Shown here: in pieces, positions 12,551-25,264 of the stretch | Position numbering within the stretch: position 1 is the first letter of the stretch | Layout of the letters: every line of letters starts with the position of its first letter | NCBI GenBank assembly: GCA_964234715.1 | Contig: OZ174275.1 | Direction: 5' to 3' (one strand) | Origin: Podarcis melisellensis | Taxonomy: Eukaryota | DNA length: 64,000 nucleotides | Position numbers and translations under genes: made by a program | The notes under the pieces: generated by a model | What the model saw: only the letters and a program-made list of their open reading frames with translations | Databases searched by the model: none | What the model was told of the DNA's origin: nothing

Positions 12551-14880
12551 AATGCTGAAAAGGAATTAATGGCAAAATAAGAGGTTTTTCCCATTTCTAG
12601 AGATGCACACATGTGCACATAGGTTTACAACTAGTCTCTTCTCATGCCCACGTATTTGTGGCCTTGGAAAAACCACACTAGTGTGCGGGTGGTGTTTTGT
12701 TTTGTTTTTTTAAAACTCTATTAAAGCTACAATTCTATAAACAATTTAAAGCTATAAATTTAAAGTTATAAAAATATTATACATTGCTCCCATCTAAACA
12801 TTTTGCCATGAAATTGAAATGGTTCACTTTTACCAGTTGAAGGGAAAACATGTCTTGAATGAAGGTCCATCAAAAACAAGCAACATACTAGCAGTGCAAT
12901 CCCGTGTCTAATCAGAATCAAGCCCCTCTGAGCTCAACTGGAGGGACACCCCTGGAAGTGTGAATCAAATTGCAACATAAAGCATGCATAATTGCCATGT
13001 GAATAGTATTGCAGTGCTGGAAATCTCAAACTGCCCCTAAGAATCAGGTAAAACAGATGCTAGACTTGGGGAGCTAAAAGGTTGGGGAGGGGAGAGGAAA
13101 TACCATGTAGTAGATGTGGGACTTGAGCATCCCAGGAATGGAACTGGCTAGAATTTCAGCAGGAGTTGCTTGCATGACAAGCTACACTTGCTGAAATCCC
13201 CTCTTCTATCCCAACAGTGAAAGGTGCAGGAGATTCTTCTCCTTTTTTGCATCTCAAGCTACCATGGCAGAGGGGCATTTTCATCCAATGAATGTTGGAA
13301 GGAATGCTTTTCTCACAAGCACATTTCCTCTCCTATATAGCAGAGAGAGTAGTTTATTTGCCTAGAAAACAAAGCCAGCTCACCTAGCCATATTTTTCAA
13401 AAGGTCTAATTGATTAAGCTGTTCCTGCAGTTAAATTATGCTGTTCCTTGCTACCAGTGGCTAAAACAGTCTCTCTTATCAGAAAAGACATCAGAAGCAG
13501 CTGTGGGCTCAGCAGACCAATCTGAACCCATCTGAACTTGAAGCAGCGACAGTTCAACCAAAGGCTGGATATTTTAGTTTCATTGATACTCCGCAGAAAC
13601 ATCACATCACATCACATCCTGGGGTGGAGTTAGGACTCTATCAGCCAAGCACATGAAAGCAAGAGTTCTCTCCCAGATCTGTAGTAAAGCTTTCTCTCTT
13701 AAAGTATCACCAAACCCAGCCAACTCATTGGCCACATGGAGACCAGAAGTCAGTACAAAGAAAGTAACAAACATGACCAAGTCTGGCCTTTTTCTGCTTA
13801 AAAAGGAAAATGATTTAGTACAGTACCTGGATGAGATAACTCTTCACACTGCTTGGCTGGCACTGTTAACTACTTTCTCCCAGCTTGTTGGGGTAGAGCA
13901 TTCACTGCAGCTGAACCGTATTAGTGGCAAATGGAACTAGTTGGTGCCTCCTTCCAGGTGCTTTTTAGAGAATTAAAAGCAGGTTTGCTTCTTTCCCTTT
14001 GTTCCAGGCTGCATGTACACCATACATTTGAAGCACATGGTTTCCCCAATGAATACTGGAAATTGTAGTTGCCCTCTCACAGGGCTACAATTCCCAGTAC
14101 TCTTTAAAAAAAATAGTGTCCAGGATCGGGGGGGGGGGGGAGTCATATGCTTTACACATGCATTGAATGGTATGCTACAGTGCAGAAACTATGGATGTAT
14201 GAATGACTGTAATTCCAGTTTCAAAAATAGTGAACCAACCCAGAGATAGACATGGGATTCACTCATTAGGTTGAGTTTCTGGTGTGCTTCTGATGCACAG
14301 TAGTCTGGGTTGCACAAGAGCCTGCTTCTATTACATCAAGGTTTGCGGAGAGGGATCATCAACCTTAGGGGACCACTGGGCACATTTGGAATTTTGAGAG
14401 TCACAAAATGGCTGCCAAGGGGCCCAGAAGAACACAAAATGAGTGCCACACTTCAAACAACAGAAAGAGAGACAGGACCACAAAAGTGTGGAGTAGGTAT
14501 GTGTCCCCAACAATCTGCATCAGTCACCACTGCTCTTTCTTCAGAACCAATGGGAAGGGTGGGTGTCTAATCCTGGCATCCAATGAACATGCTCATCTTT
14601 TAAGTGGCAGCATGTTCAATGCAGGAGACGCCAAGTCGGAAATAGGAACTGAGCAGGAAGACCAAACTGCCTCCAGCACTTTGTGGATTTTTCAGGAGAT
14701 ATTGACTGAGACATCGTAGGAGGTACTGTCAGGCGCATCATGTGATGGGCAAATATTTGAAATATGGTAGTTGACCATCTCCCACACCCCCGTCCCTGTT
14801 ACTGATGAGGTGTTTGGCTACTCCGCAAACCCACGTTATCACTTCAGCCTCACACAGGACAAAATACAGACAATATTAGC

Positions 14881-14886
14881 TTTATT
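14881..14886 (-). terminator. Candidate CD151 polyadenylation signal (AATAAA)
   Basis: The first canonical AATAAA I found after the CD151 stop, implying a 3'UTR of about 2.5 kb. Confidence 0.35.
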
Positions 14887-17409
14887 GGCCAGCAACATAA
14901 ACTGTATTTAAAGCATGGTTATTATATGAGGAAAAACCAAAGAGCAAGCACAGATTGCTGACTGGCAACCCCTGGCCCTCTCTTACCATGGCACAATATA
15001 GTTCCCCAGTTGAGGGAGGTGGAGAGAAAGCTAGCCATCCACACAAATGCACTTCAGTAGTCAAATACTGTTTCAAGCAACTGCAATCAGGATCTTTTGT
15101 TTTCTTGCAGGTTGGGGAGTGGGGAGAGAAATATCAGGTAGGTATAAAGAAATAATTTAGCAATTTAATTTGTAATAATTTAGATACTCACCCACCTTTA
15201 CAGTGAGAATGGCGCAAAACCTTTCTCCTGCAAGGACGTTTACCGTGTGTGATCATGCTTTACATCTCCCCAGCTGCCTCCTGAACTGTTCCTGAGCCTC
15301 CTGAGCAAAGCAGCCAAGAGGACACTCCATTTTTCACTGCACCCATGAGAGGCAATTATGTGACATGGACTTTCTTGGGTGGTGTGTTTGTATTAAGTGC
15401 TTGCCTATCAGAGCCCACAAAGGACTGGAGATGGAATTACCTTTAGTCTCTAGTTGGAGAAAGTCAAATTTAGCCAGCTAAGGAAAATCCTGGAGTGTAA
15501 GACTAGGTTCCCAGTTTGGGCAAAACCTGTATACGCTGGCCTTTGGTGGTGATGGTGGGGGCTTAGATCAACTTTCCACAGCCTGGTGCCCTCCAATGTT
15601 GTTAGGACTCCCAACTGCTATCAACCACAGTAAGGTAGGATGGAAGGTGGGAGTCTGGCAATGTCAGGAAGGCACCAGAGACTGGGGAAAAGCTTCTTTA
15701 GGCCATGTGATTGCTCTTGCCCCCAGCCAGGTGTGTGAAAGGGGACAGGGAAGAATGGGCTATGGAGGGGCAATGCAAGAGCTTCAACGGAACCTACAGA
15801 ATGCCAATAACACAAGCGGCCACACTGTTTACTCGGGAGACTTTCAGTGGGATAGGAGAGGGATGGGGATCCATATATTGGACTTCAACGACCATCAGCC
15901 ACCACCTACTATTACCAATGGCCAGGAATGATGGGAGCTGTAGTCCAACATGTGGAGGGCCCACCTGGTTCCCCATTGGTTACAGGTGTTGCTACAATGG
16001 ACCTACAAATGAGGTGTGGGAAGAGCTGTTAAATGGAATAGCTCCCTTACTGAAATCAAAATGTGAAGCAGTCGTGAAACAGGTCAATGTAAGAATGGGG
16101 AAGGAATACTTGGACATGGGCTATACAAACAGGATCTGGACACCTACTCTATCAAGGATGCTTTTTCTGTTTCTAAAACATATTCTGTGAAAACCTTTAG
16201 AGAGGGTGAATTCTTGGGAAAACTAGCAAATCCGCTGTTGGAAGCCATTCCTAGAATAGCCTCCTCTACAGCAGAAGAGGCAACTGCTGTGGATACAAAA
16301 GATACCGGCCACTTTCTCTCCTTGCACCAAATAGTTCAATTTGCAATTTTATGCCTTACTGCCAATTGAAATCATTTTGGTATGAAGCATACTCAGTAAA
16401 TTAATGAGAGAGGGGAATAGGAGAGCTGAATTCTGGGTTTTCATGCCAGCCAGAGAGCACCTGGCTGGCTAATCAGACTTTGAAGATCAACACAAAAGCA
16501 AGTAGAAGTATGTTCTCCCCAGTTAAATGATGTGTCATTCTGGGAGAGGATGCTCATTCCTATGAAAAGGGGAGCTGCATGATTCCACAGAGTCGGGTTA
16601 TCTTGACAGCACAGTTGAGGCAGGAAACCATTTCAACAGAAAGCTTATTGTTTGTGTGTCTGTTGGAAAAAGTAGGCCAAGGCTTCTGATTAAGAGAACA
16701 AAAGAACATCCTCCAACACCTGGCCTGAAAGGCACAAGACTCGTCTCCAGGGGGGCCTCCTGTTGGGGCAGAGGGAAGGCCCTGAGGATGAAGCAGCCGG
16801 CTTTGTGGGTAACCTAGTCCATCCATCTCTCAGGCACAACCTCAAGGAGATCGGGAGAAGAGATTACCCAGCAGAAGGAGGCACTGCCTTGGATGGAAAG
16901 AGCCGCCGCATCAGAACTTCCACTGGTCCAGAAAGGCACTTCTTCTGGGTGCAGGAAGAGAGGATTTAAATCTCCCAACCTGTGAACGCCTTATGCATCC
17001 TTGTGGGCTAGTTGTCAGCCAATCAGAGAGTCAATGTCTTGGTTAAAAGAGAGCAAAAAGGGAAACAGGAAAGGTGCCGAGGCCCCTGGCAGCGTTGATG
17101 ATCTCTCTCTCAGATTGAATGCTTGGGTCTGGGCTTGGAAACATTTCTGGCAGATAAGAATTCTACAACTCCATGACTCTGGACCACAAAGAAAAGACTG
17201 GGTGAGCCCTGGGCCTCCACGACTGCCATAAGGAGGACAACTGATCGCTCTCTCTCTCTGGCAGAGGCACTGGGTGATCCAAGAATAAGTTTCCTTAAGC
17301 AGCAGAAGTCCTTGCGAGGTTGATTTTTTCTGTGCTGCCGCCTAAAAGGATAGGGTGATGGGATGGAACGTGGTGTAGTCAAGCAGGTGGGGTGGTCTTC
17401 CAAGCTTCC

Positions 17410-17469
17410 CTAGTAAGGCTCAGATTTCAAATTCCTGTACAAACAGCAAGTGAAGAGCATCCCAAATAT
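17410..17469 (-). CDS. CD151: CD151 terminal coding exon (IFGMLFTCCLYRNLKSEPY*)
   Basis: 60 nt including TAG, acceptor ttgccttctag. Retains the CC palmitoylation site and a YxxL endocytosis motif (YRNL). Confidence 0.96.
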   Translation of the reverse strand: MFGMLFTCCLYRNLKSEPY

Positions 17470-17689
17470 CTAGAAGGCAAAAAAACCAACAATACAAAAC
17501 ATGGGTAAGCAACAGGAGAAGCAATGCATCAAGCCATGTATCTCAGCACCTCTTCACTCTTCTCACATGGAAGAATGTTGGTCCCTTGCAATCATACAGT
17601 TTTGCAGTCAGAAGGGACTGATCTTCCAATATGGGTACAGAGAAAATATGACCTGAAACCTCAGCAGGTGAACCCTGAAGCCTGGGCAA

Positions 17690-17865
17690 GCTCAGTGGTC
17701 TGTAGCTCAGGGACAGCATCTGGCTTTCACACAGAAGGTCCCAGGCTCAGCTTCCAACATTTCCAGGTATAGCTGACCCCTGTCAAAAACCCTGGAAAGC
17801 CACTGCCTCTCAGTTAGCGCTCAATGAACCAAAAGTATGACTTTGTACAAGGTAATTTCCTATGC
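17690..17865 (+). mobile_element. Decayed squamate tRNA-derived SINE (Squam2-like)
   Basis: Reads gtagctcag...agaaggtcccaggctc...ccctggaaagccactgcc. Related minus-strand copies lie at about 26360-26540, 29545-29710, 34000-34140 and 43240-43365. Confidence 0.55.
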
Positions 17866-18285
17866 TCCAGCAGGGCAGCTCAGCTGTAATAGAGATGTGA
17901 TGCTGCAAGCAAGGGCATTCCTTTGGACAGCTGGTAATAGCTGTTTTCTGTAAGAAGTAAAAGGAAAATCTCGCCCTAGTGAGAAAGAGCCAGTCCTGAG
18001 TGAACTGCACTTTACAATGACAGCTGCAAAGGCATGAGAGGAAGGGAGAAATGCACTGGTTCAGCATTAAGATTACATTAAGATCACTGCACATTTCACC
18101 TTTGGCCATTAAAAAAAAAAAAAAGGAAAAGGAAACATTCTCATAATTATTTGAAATGGGAAGCGAAGAGAGAAATTGAGCAATGGATAGTTACTCTGTG
18201 ATTGTCAAAACTCCCAAGATATCAGAGTCACTGTGTGTTATTCTGGTAGTGTTCTGAATTTTAAGAAAAAGAAGTTATTTTCAAA

Positions 18286-18674
18286 CAGGGGTCAGCAAAC
18301 TTACCGCACCTTGGGCCAGTGTCTCCAACGCCGATCATGCGGCAGGCTGGAGGGCAGGGGAGCGCGTGCCCATACACATACGCACACACTATTTCCGGCG
18401 CACTTCCGGGTCGGAGGAGCACCACAAATAGCTTGTGCGCATGTGCACAGGCCTCCTCCGACCCGGATGTGCACCGGAAATAACGCTTGTGCATGCGCAA
18501 ATAAAGCTTGCGCATGCACACAAGCTATTTCCGGTTCTCCTCTGACTTGGAAGTGGGCAGCTGTGCAGCGCAGTGCTGGTAAGAGCAGGCGGTGGCAACG
18601 GGGGTCGCCACAGGCCAGATAAACGAGTCCCTCGGGCCTTATCTGACCCGCGAACCTTAGTTTGGGGACCCCTG
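18286..18674. mobile_element. hAT-type MITE in the last CD151 intron
   Basis: TIRs caggggtcagcaaact / agtttggggacccctg. 8-bp TSD ttttcaaa / ttttaaaa. CpG-rich interior. Confidence 0.8.
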
Positions 18675-19467
18675 TTTTAAAAGCATCCCCTTCTAATTAC
18701 ACTGCTCAGACTGAGCAGCTGTTGGACAAATCACCACTAGAGGCTGCCTTCTCACTGCTTTACAGAAAGATTTCTGTTTTTCACAACCTTCCCTTCAGTA
18801 AATAGTATGTTGGTATTTTTTTTACTGAGTCATGTGTATCTAGAGTTGGCAACCTCAAACCTTTAGAAGCGCCTCCATCCCTTACTCCATAAACTGTAGG
18901 AATTTTTTTTAAGCACACAGGTTATTAAGGATTTACATGTATATGTTTTTGGAAAATTGCCACTTTAAAATGATTGTGGGGGAGACATTCTCTCAATTTC
19001 ACAGTGAAATCAGATAACTCACATCTAAGAAAACACCACCAAAGCTGGCTTCTACTGTAGCTTCTTAGCAGGGAACCCAAGGGGTGGGGAGGGCCACATT
19101 CCATTCAGGGCAACTTTCTGAGGGCCATGTGTCAGGGTCAACGGTTAATATCAGGCATGTAAACAGTCCTTTGTGTGGTTGCTTGTATTGAGTAGGAATT
19201 GTCTCCAGTTAGGGAAGCAATTTGAACGCTAAAAGCAAGCCAACTTTTGAGGCCATGAATGAACCACAAATGGCAAAACAGGTAAGTGCAGGTATGAAGG
19301 CTGGCAGGAAACTTTGTGTGTGTGTGTGGGCTAGTAACTTTTGAGAACTCATTAGCAATGCTAGTTAATATACTGTGCTCAGCCAACACACTGGCTTCAG
19401 AAATTCATGATTGCCACAAATCATGGAGATATAGAAAATTGCAAAAGAAATAGGCATGGGTGAGAAT

Positions 19468-19470
<3 letters not shown>

Positions 19471-19509
<39 letters not shown>

Positions 19510-19549
19510 ATGTGAGATGATACTTGAGTGTGTGTGTGTGTGTGTGTGT
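19471..19549. repeat. (CA)n and (TG)n microsatellites in inverted orientation
   Basis: A CA run at 19471-19505 and a GT run at about 19528-19549, separated by about 22 nt. Confidence 0.95.
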
Positions 19550-20193
19550 CAGAAAAATGAGATCAGAGATGACAGCTACATCTATGACCAGAAGATTGCT
19601 CAAGGCACAGAGATAGTATATAGAATCACTTCCCACATTCACAGCAAACCCAACGAAGCCTCCAGGATCCAGTGGTGCTGGACTGCTGCTTAATTCCAGC
19701 TGCTTTTACATGGTTACAATTTGCACACAGGATCCTCTGGATCCTGCAAAGCTATTATCTCTAATTTACAGGCAATAGCAAAGAGAAATCGATGTCCTTT
19801 TTGCCCTAATGCAGTGTTGTTGGCAACTAGAGTGGGCAACAGGCCAATCCAAAGCCAACCACCGGAGCAATTGGCCAAGTGCTATGCCACACTCCTGCCT
19901 AGCCCCTGCTGGGGAAGTATGCACCTTTCATGATATTCCTGAAACCTTTCTCTTCCGTGGTTGATTACCCATATGTTTTCTGCAGCACTGTTTGTTTGTT
20001 TGTTTGTCTGTCCTATAGCAGCTTTCAGATCAATGGTGAACTGCATGACAGGTCTCCATGGGTCAGACTTTGCTTACAGGTCCCCAGTCGCCAATTACTC
20101 TCCTAACAGTAAACCTGAGACAGGAACTGCAGCATGGTGGTCTCTCAAGCTCTAACCTTGCACACTTCAATCTTGCATATTACTAGCCCATAC

Positions 20194-20280
20194 CTGTACA
20201 AAAGCAATGCCAATCCCCACTGCTCCAATGATTTTCAGGTGTTCCTGGATGAAGTTTTCCAGTTTAGTGATGCAGCCACC
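20194..20280 (-). CDS. CD151: CD151 coding exon 6 ([29 protein letters not shown])
   Basis: 87 nt, found by manual translation. Flanked by ctctctctag and gtatgg. Confidence 0.96.
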
Positions 20281-20834
20281 CTAGAGAGAGAGAAAATTGT
20301 TGACATAATTTCAAGTTTAAATTGTGTCTTCTTGTGCTGTTTCAAGATTTGCCTGGGAACAAAAGTTTTCACACAGCAAATAAATGCAAGAAAATTAAAA
20401 AAGTGGGCTGGGGCATATGAACAAATGCTCATCCTTGCAAGGATTTCTTGGCCTAATGCTTCACTTTAACCATGTTACACCTGTGGCCTGAATAGAGGGC
20501 TCCTATAAAGTCGAATCAGTAGTAGTAGCTTGAATCAGTGGAGCACCAGTAGCCAACTGTAAACCTCTAACATCAACAGGCACTAAAAAAAAAAATATGA
20601 AGTAGAACACAGCGTTAGGGAAGCTCAATCGCTGTCTGCCTCCATCTTTAAAAGATTGCCTTTGGCCTCCTGGTGGCCTGTTTATCTGCCTTGCCAAGTC
20701 ATTGCAGACAGGAGAAATAACAGGATTAGCTGAAGTGTGAGGCAAGCTTTATTTTTTAAGTTGTTTGATCATTCCACAAATGTATTTCCACTGGGTAGTG
20801 GCCTAAGGAAGAAAGCACAGGAGTACATGGCTCA

Positions 20835-20985
20835 TGGCAGTAAAGGCAGAGCTGAGGAGACTCAAATTTAAATCCCCCACGAGCTATGAAGCTCATGGGA
20901 TGGCTTTCAGTCAGTCACCATCCCTCAGCCTTGCCTACCTCATGGGATAGCTCTGGCGAGGATAAAAATGGAAAGGAATATCTAC
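20835..20985 (+). mobile_element. MIR/Ther1-related SINE (Squam3-like), decayed
   Basis: Contains aaatcccc...ctatgaagctca...cctacctca...gaggataaaaatgg. A related copy at about 28882-29041 ends in (aaac)n. Confidence 0.55.
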
Positions 20986-22181
20986 AGAACACACTTATAG
21001 CTACTTTGTACCAATTTCACTTCTATGTCTTCCCCCAAAGAGGTCTAGTTTGGGGAAGATGCTTAAAATCCTTTGTTAAAGGATCTCCTGTCCCTTCCCA
21101 TACAAATATGGTTCTCAGGATTCCCTAAGGAGAGGGGACGAGTGTTTTGAAATGTGTTTAAACTGGTTATGTAAGCTGGTCATTCTTTCTACATTTCCTT
21201 TTGGCAGCCTGTCACAGACAGGTCAATCTCAAAAGGCAGACTGGAGGCAAATGTTGCAGAATGTAAATACTTCACTATTCTTTCCAACTCTTTGGAAATA
21301 TTATTTTATATGTTTCTTTATATCCATGTAAATGGCACTTCTGTGTGATTTACATGAGAGGACAGTTCCCTGCCTCAATAGGCCTACAATGTAGAAACAG
21401 GACAATGTGAGACAAGAGATGAATGAGGAGGAAATGGAGGCCAGGGCAAGCTGGGGAAGGAAATACAAAATGGTGGAATCTCCTTTCAAACGAGTATCTT
21501 TTCTCACCAAAAGTATGTCCTATTGCACTTTGGAAAAGAAGCTCTCGGGGGTGGGCAGCAGGAATCACCTGGGCCCAGCAGTCAGCAATCATGCCCCGAG
21601 GCACAGGGCTTAGTCTGTCTCTGCCTGACTAAAACAAGCTTAGTTGCAGAAGTTATTCATGCTCCTCATATCATTTAATCCCCTTTGAATCCTGTTGAAA
21701 AATGATTGCTTCATTGCCGTCACTCTTTGGCAGAACACTCTGTAGACTGAAACATCAACTGACAGTTGGAAAATTGGAATTCCGTGGTTAAAAAAAACTT
21801 CCCAAGGTATTTTTGAGTTTAAGGGGACAAACTTTTTTAAAAAAAAATACAGTTAAGGTTGCCAAGTCTGAATCTTTGTCCCTTTTCACTAAAAATGGTA
21901 AAAACAACAACCCAAGAACGCCACAAGATGGTGGCAAAGTGTCTCTGCCTCACCTGCCCATGTGTTGGAACAGAACTGCTGAGGAAAATAAATATCTATT
22001 TGCGACTAGTTTTGTGACTACTCTAGAAGAAAATCTTCAGGCAATGTAGCAGAACATACTGAAAGGCTGAATCTGCTGTGGTGCCTTGCATGCAACTTGT
22101 TGATTAAAGTAGTCTCAGAGCCATCTGGCATCCCCTTAACTTTCAGATAAGAGGTGAGGTGGCTCAGGTCTGATTTCTTAC

Positions 22182-22337
22182 CTCTTTGTAGATATTCGAA
22201 GGATGATCTCTTTGGCCACATTTATCTGTCACTGTCTTGCAGCAACTGTCTGGGAACTTCCGGTTTAATGCATCAGGAGATTTGATCCATTCGCTGTCAC
22301 TCCAGTCTGAAGCGTTATGGCTGCCACAGCACTTAAA
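22182..22337 (-). CDS. CD151: CD151 coding exon 5 ([12 protein letters not shown]...PDSCC...[13 protein letters not shown])
   Basis: 156 nt with the CCG and PxSCC tetraspanin motifs, an NAS glycosylation sequon and the QRD integrin-binding motif. AG acceptor and gtaaga donor. Confidence 0.96.
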
Positions 22338-23140
22338 CTGAACACACACAAACATAAAGGTAAAGTTTGCAGGGTGTATTGCCAAAAAGATGTTGCAACA
22401 CTCAAGTTGTCTATGGTGTCATGTCTGTGAATGCCTGTACCTCTGGCCTGCACAACTGCAGGAGCATACAGCCCACCAGTCATACAACAGAAGAGCTATT
22501 GAGCTTTTGCAGAGCTAGAGGGCTGTGCACATTTCTTCCCAAGAGCAACACCAAGCTGGGTTTAGCTGGCATTTCTGTAAGAGAGTATAACTATGACTGC
22601 TGACTGGTTTCTTTTAAAGAAAGCATTCCTTAAATATAAAGCCATCCTTGAACAAAGATAGACATGGTGATGTCACTACTACTTACTATACATATACGGG
22701 ATGTGTGTAAGCTGGCCTATAAACATCGTACTGCTCCTGTGACAGTCAATGAAGAGGCTACTCTGGTTGTTCTCGCTGTATCAAGCTACATTCTCTGCAA
22801 GCAGATCAAATATTCGGCATGGTGTAGAAGAGACATAGCTAGTGAGCTCATTCCTGGCAGACATGCTGTACCCTAACGTGCTTCCTATCCATTACAGTCC
22901 AAGCAAGTCTCCTCCCTTCCTTGCATTTTCCCGTCTTATGTCATGTCTGCAGAGAAACACCCTAGGCATGCAGACAGAAGCTCTGCATGTGTAGGCCTGC
23001 CATACGCCCAAATTTTCCTGGACATTACTGGGATATCAAAGGGGGAAATTTCCTAAAGAAGGCGCTTTGTCCTGGATCTTAGGCAAGTAAAAAAAAATAC
23101 CCCAACAATTTTGGTGGTGTCCTGGTTTTTACTCTTTGAA

Positions 23141-23436
23141 ATATGGCTAACAGATTGAGGTTGAATCCTGACAAGACAGAAGCACTGTTCTTGAGGGGAA
23201 AGGCAGGTGTGGGGGACTCCCTGGCTCTGAATGGGGTAACTGTGCCCCTGAAGGACCAAGTACGCAGCCTGGGAGTCATTTTAGATTCACAGCTGTCCAT
23301 GAAGGCGCAGGTCAATTCTGTGTCCAAGGTAGCTGTTTACCAGCTCAATCTGGTATGCAAGCTGAGACCCCACCTGCCTGTGGACTGTCTCGCCAGAGCA
23401 GTGCATGTTCTGGTTATCTCCCACTTGGACTACTGT
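23141..23436 (+). mobile_element. L2-clade LINE ORF2 fragment
   Basis: Translates as MANRLRLNPDKTE...VRSLGVILDSQLSM...LVISHLDYC, typical of the L2/CR1 post-RT region. Confidence 0.9.
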
Positions 23437-24650
23437 CTAGAATATCAACATTTTAAAAAGCCACATAAGTATAAAAATATTGCTGTGGTAAAGTGGTTTT
23501 ACTAACTAAAAAGTAGGAATAATAAGAACCAATCATTCCCCTGTCACTAGCCAAGGTTTCACCTTCTTTCTGAACTGCAGCAAGTCTCAAATAACTTTCT
23601 GTAACCTTGGAGCTACGCAGCTGAGTGCACTTCCTCTCCTGTATGAATTACAGCCTAAAACAATGAGATGCCTGTCCAAGTTTTCCAAACTAGGTGTGTC
23701 AGACAACACAAGTGCTCCCTGATGGAATGACCTAAAATAGGGCTTCTCTGCTTGATGGAAGATAAAATCTCTGCCTTTTCTCTGTGCTCTGTTGTAAACT
23801 GGATTTCCCATCATACACTTCTGTCACTAGAGATTACTGGCTCCGAGAAAAAGATGTGACAAAGAAGTAGCGGGGGCTTCATCACCTTCCACATTCGGAA
23901 AGGCTGCCACATTTGCTCCAAATGAAGATGTGTCTGCGCTCTCACTTTTCTCTTCAAATGACATGTGAAGGTATAGTGGATTGGTGCTTCGGAGGCACAA
24001 CCACTAAATATGGCCACCTGTTTATTTTAACCAGCTGCACTTGTGTTTCTCTTTTGGGACTTCTTGTGCCAGGAATGAAGCCAAGAGGCAGCAATGTGCT
24101 AATAATACATGTGCCCTGTACAGCACCTCTTGACCAAGGAGGTTAACCAAAGTAGAAGGCATGGGAAAGTGATCTGTACAAAGTAGGAGGCATGGGGGAA
24201 ATTATCTATATTTGGAAAGCCCAGTTAGGGTATCCAAGGGACTGCTCTGTGTGGTCAAGTATTCTGCAAATATTCTGACAAGCTGTATCTCACAAACCCT
24301 AGATCTCTTAGTTCATAGTTATTTATCTCTTGGTTCATAGTTATTTATCATGTCATAAAATACTGCTTAACTGTAAAAAGCAAACAAACCTCAAAGCTGT
24401 TTTCAAAAAGAGAGAGAGAGATAAAACAGTAATTTGATAATATCATGTGCTATTCAAGAAAATAGAAGTCTGGAGCTCCCCCTCTCCAGTTGTGAATCAA
24501 ACAATCCAGATGAGCAGAGGCCTATATATATATATATTTCTATGCAATTAGACTCTCATTTTGCAACGCAGATGGCATTTGCCACAAAAAAGGGAGGTGG
24601 AAAGAAGGCCTGTTGCGCATCAATGTGTGTGCAAGACCTCAATTCACATG

Positions 24651-25052
24651 CAGTAAATAAAGAGTTCACTTGTGATATACCAGTGGTTCAGTGCTTGGAC
24701 ATCAATCAGACGTTTCATCGCTAAAGAGCTTAGTCATCGAGTTTTGTAGTAAATAATATACAAGAGAAGACAGTATGTAAACAACTTAAAGGAGAAGTAT
24801 ATCTGTCCCCATCTGTCCCCATCTGCATGTTTCCATTGGGAGTAGCATAGAAAGAGAACGATGTCAAACCTCCTACAGTTTAGTGACGAAATGTCTGATT
24901 ACCAGAACGATGTCCTAGCACTGAACCACTGGAATATCATAAGTGGACTCTTTATTACTGAGTTTGCAGTTGTTCAAGATAAAATCTATTTTGGAAAGAG
25001 AAGAAATGAGCACTGAACCTCTGATATATTACAAGTGAACTCTTTATTTACT
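24651..25052. repeat. Inverted repeat with one left arm and two right arms
   Basis: Left arm 24651-24725, reverse-complement arms at 24879-24960 and 25009-25052. Confidence 0.85.
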
Positions 25053-25264
25053 CCGTTTGCAATTGTTTAAAATAAAACCTATTTGGGAAAGAAACTACTT
25101 TTGGCATTTTTATGGATGTTTGTTACAGATAGATGCCTTGTATCAATTGTTGTGCATTTTAGGCAAGTGGAGAAATCATTCCACATATTTGGTGGAATAC
25201 TTCCTTCCATAGTCGAAAGATATAGAATCTTATCACCCTATTTAAATCCATTTCCTAAGCCTAC

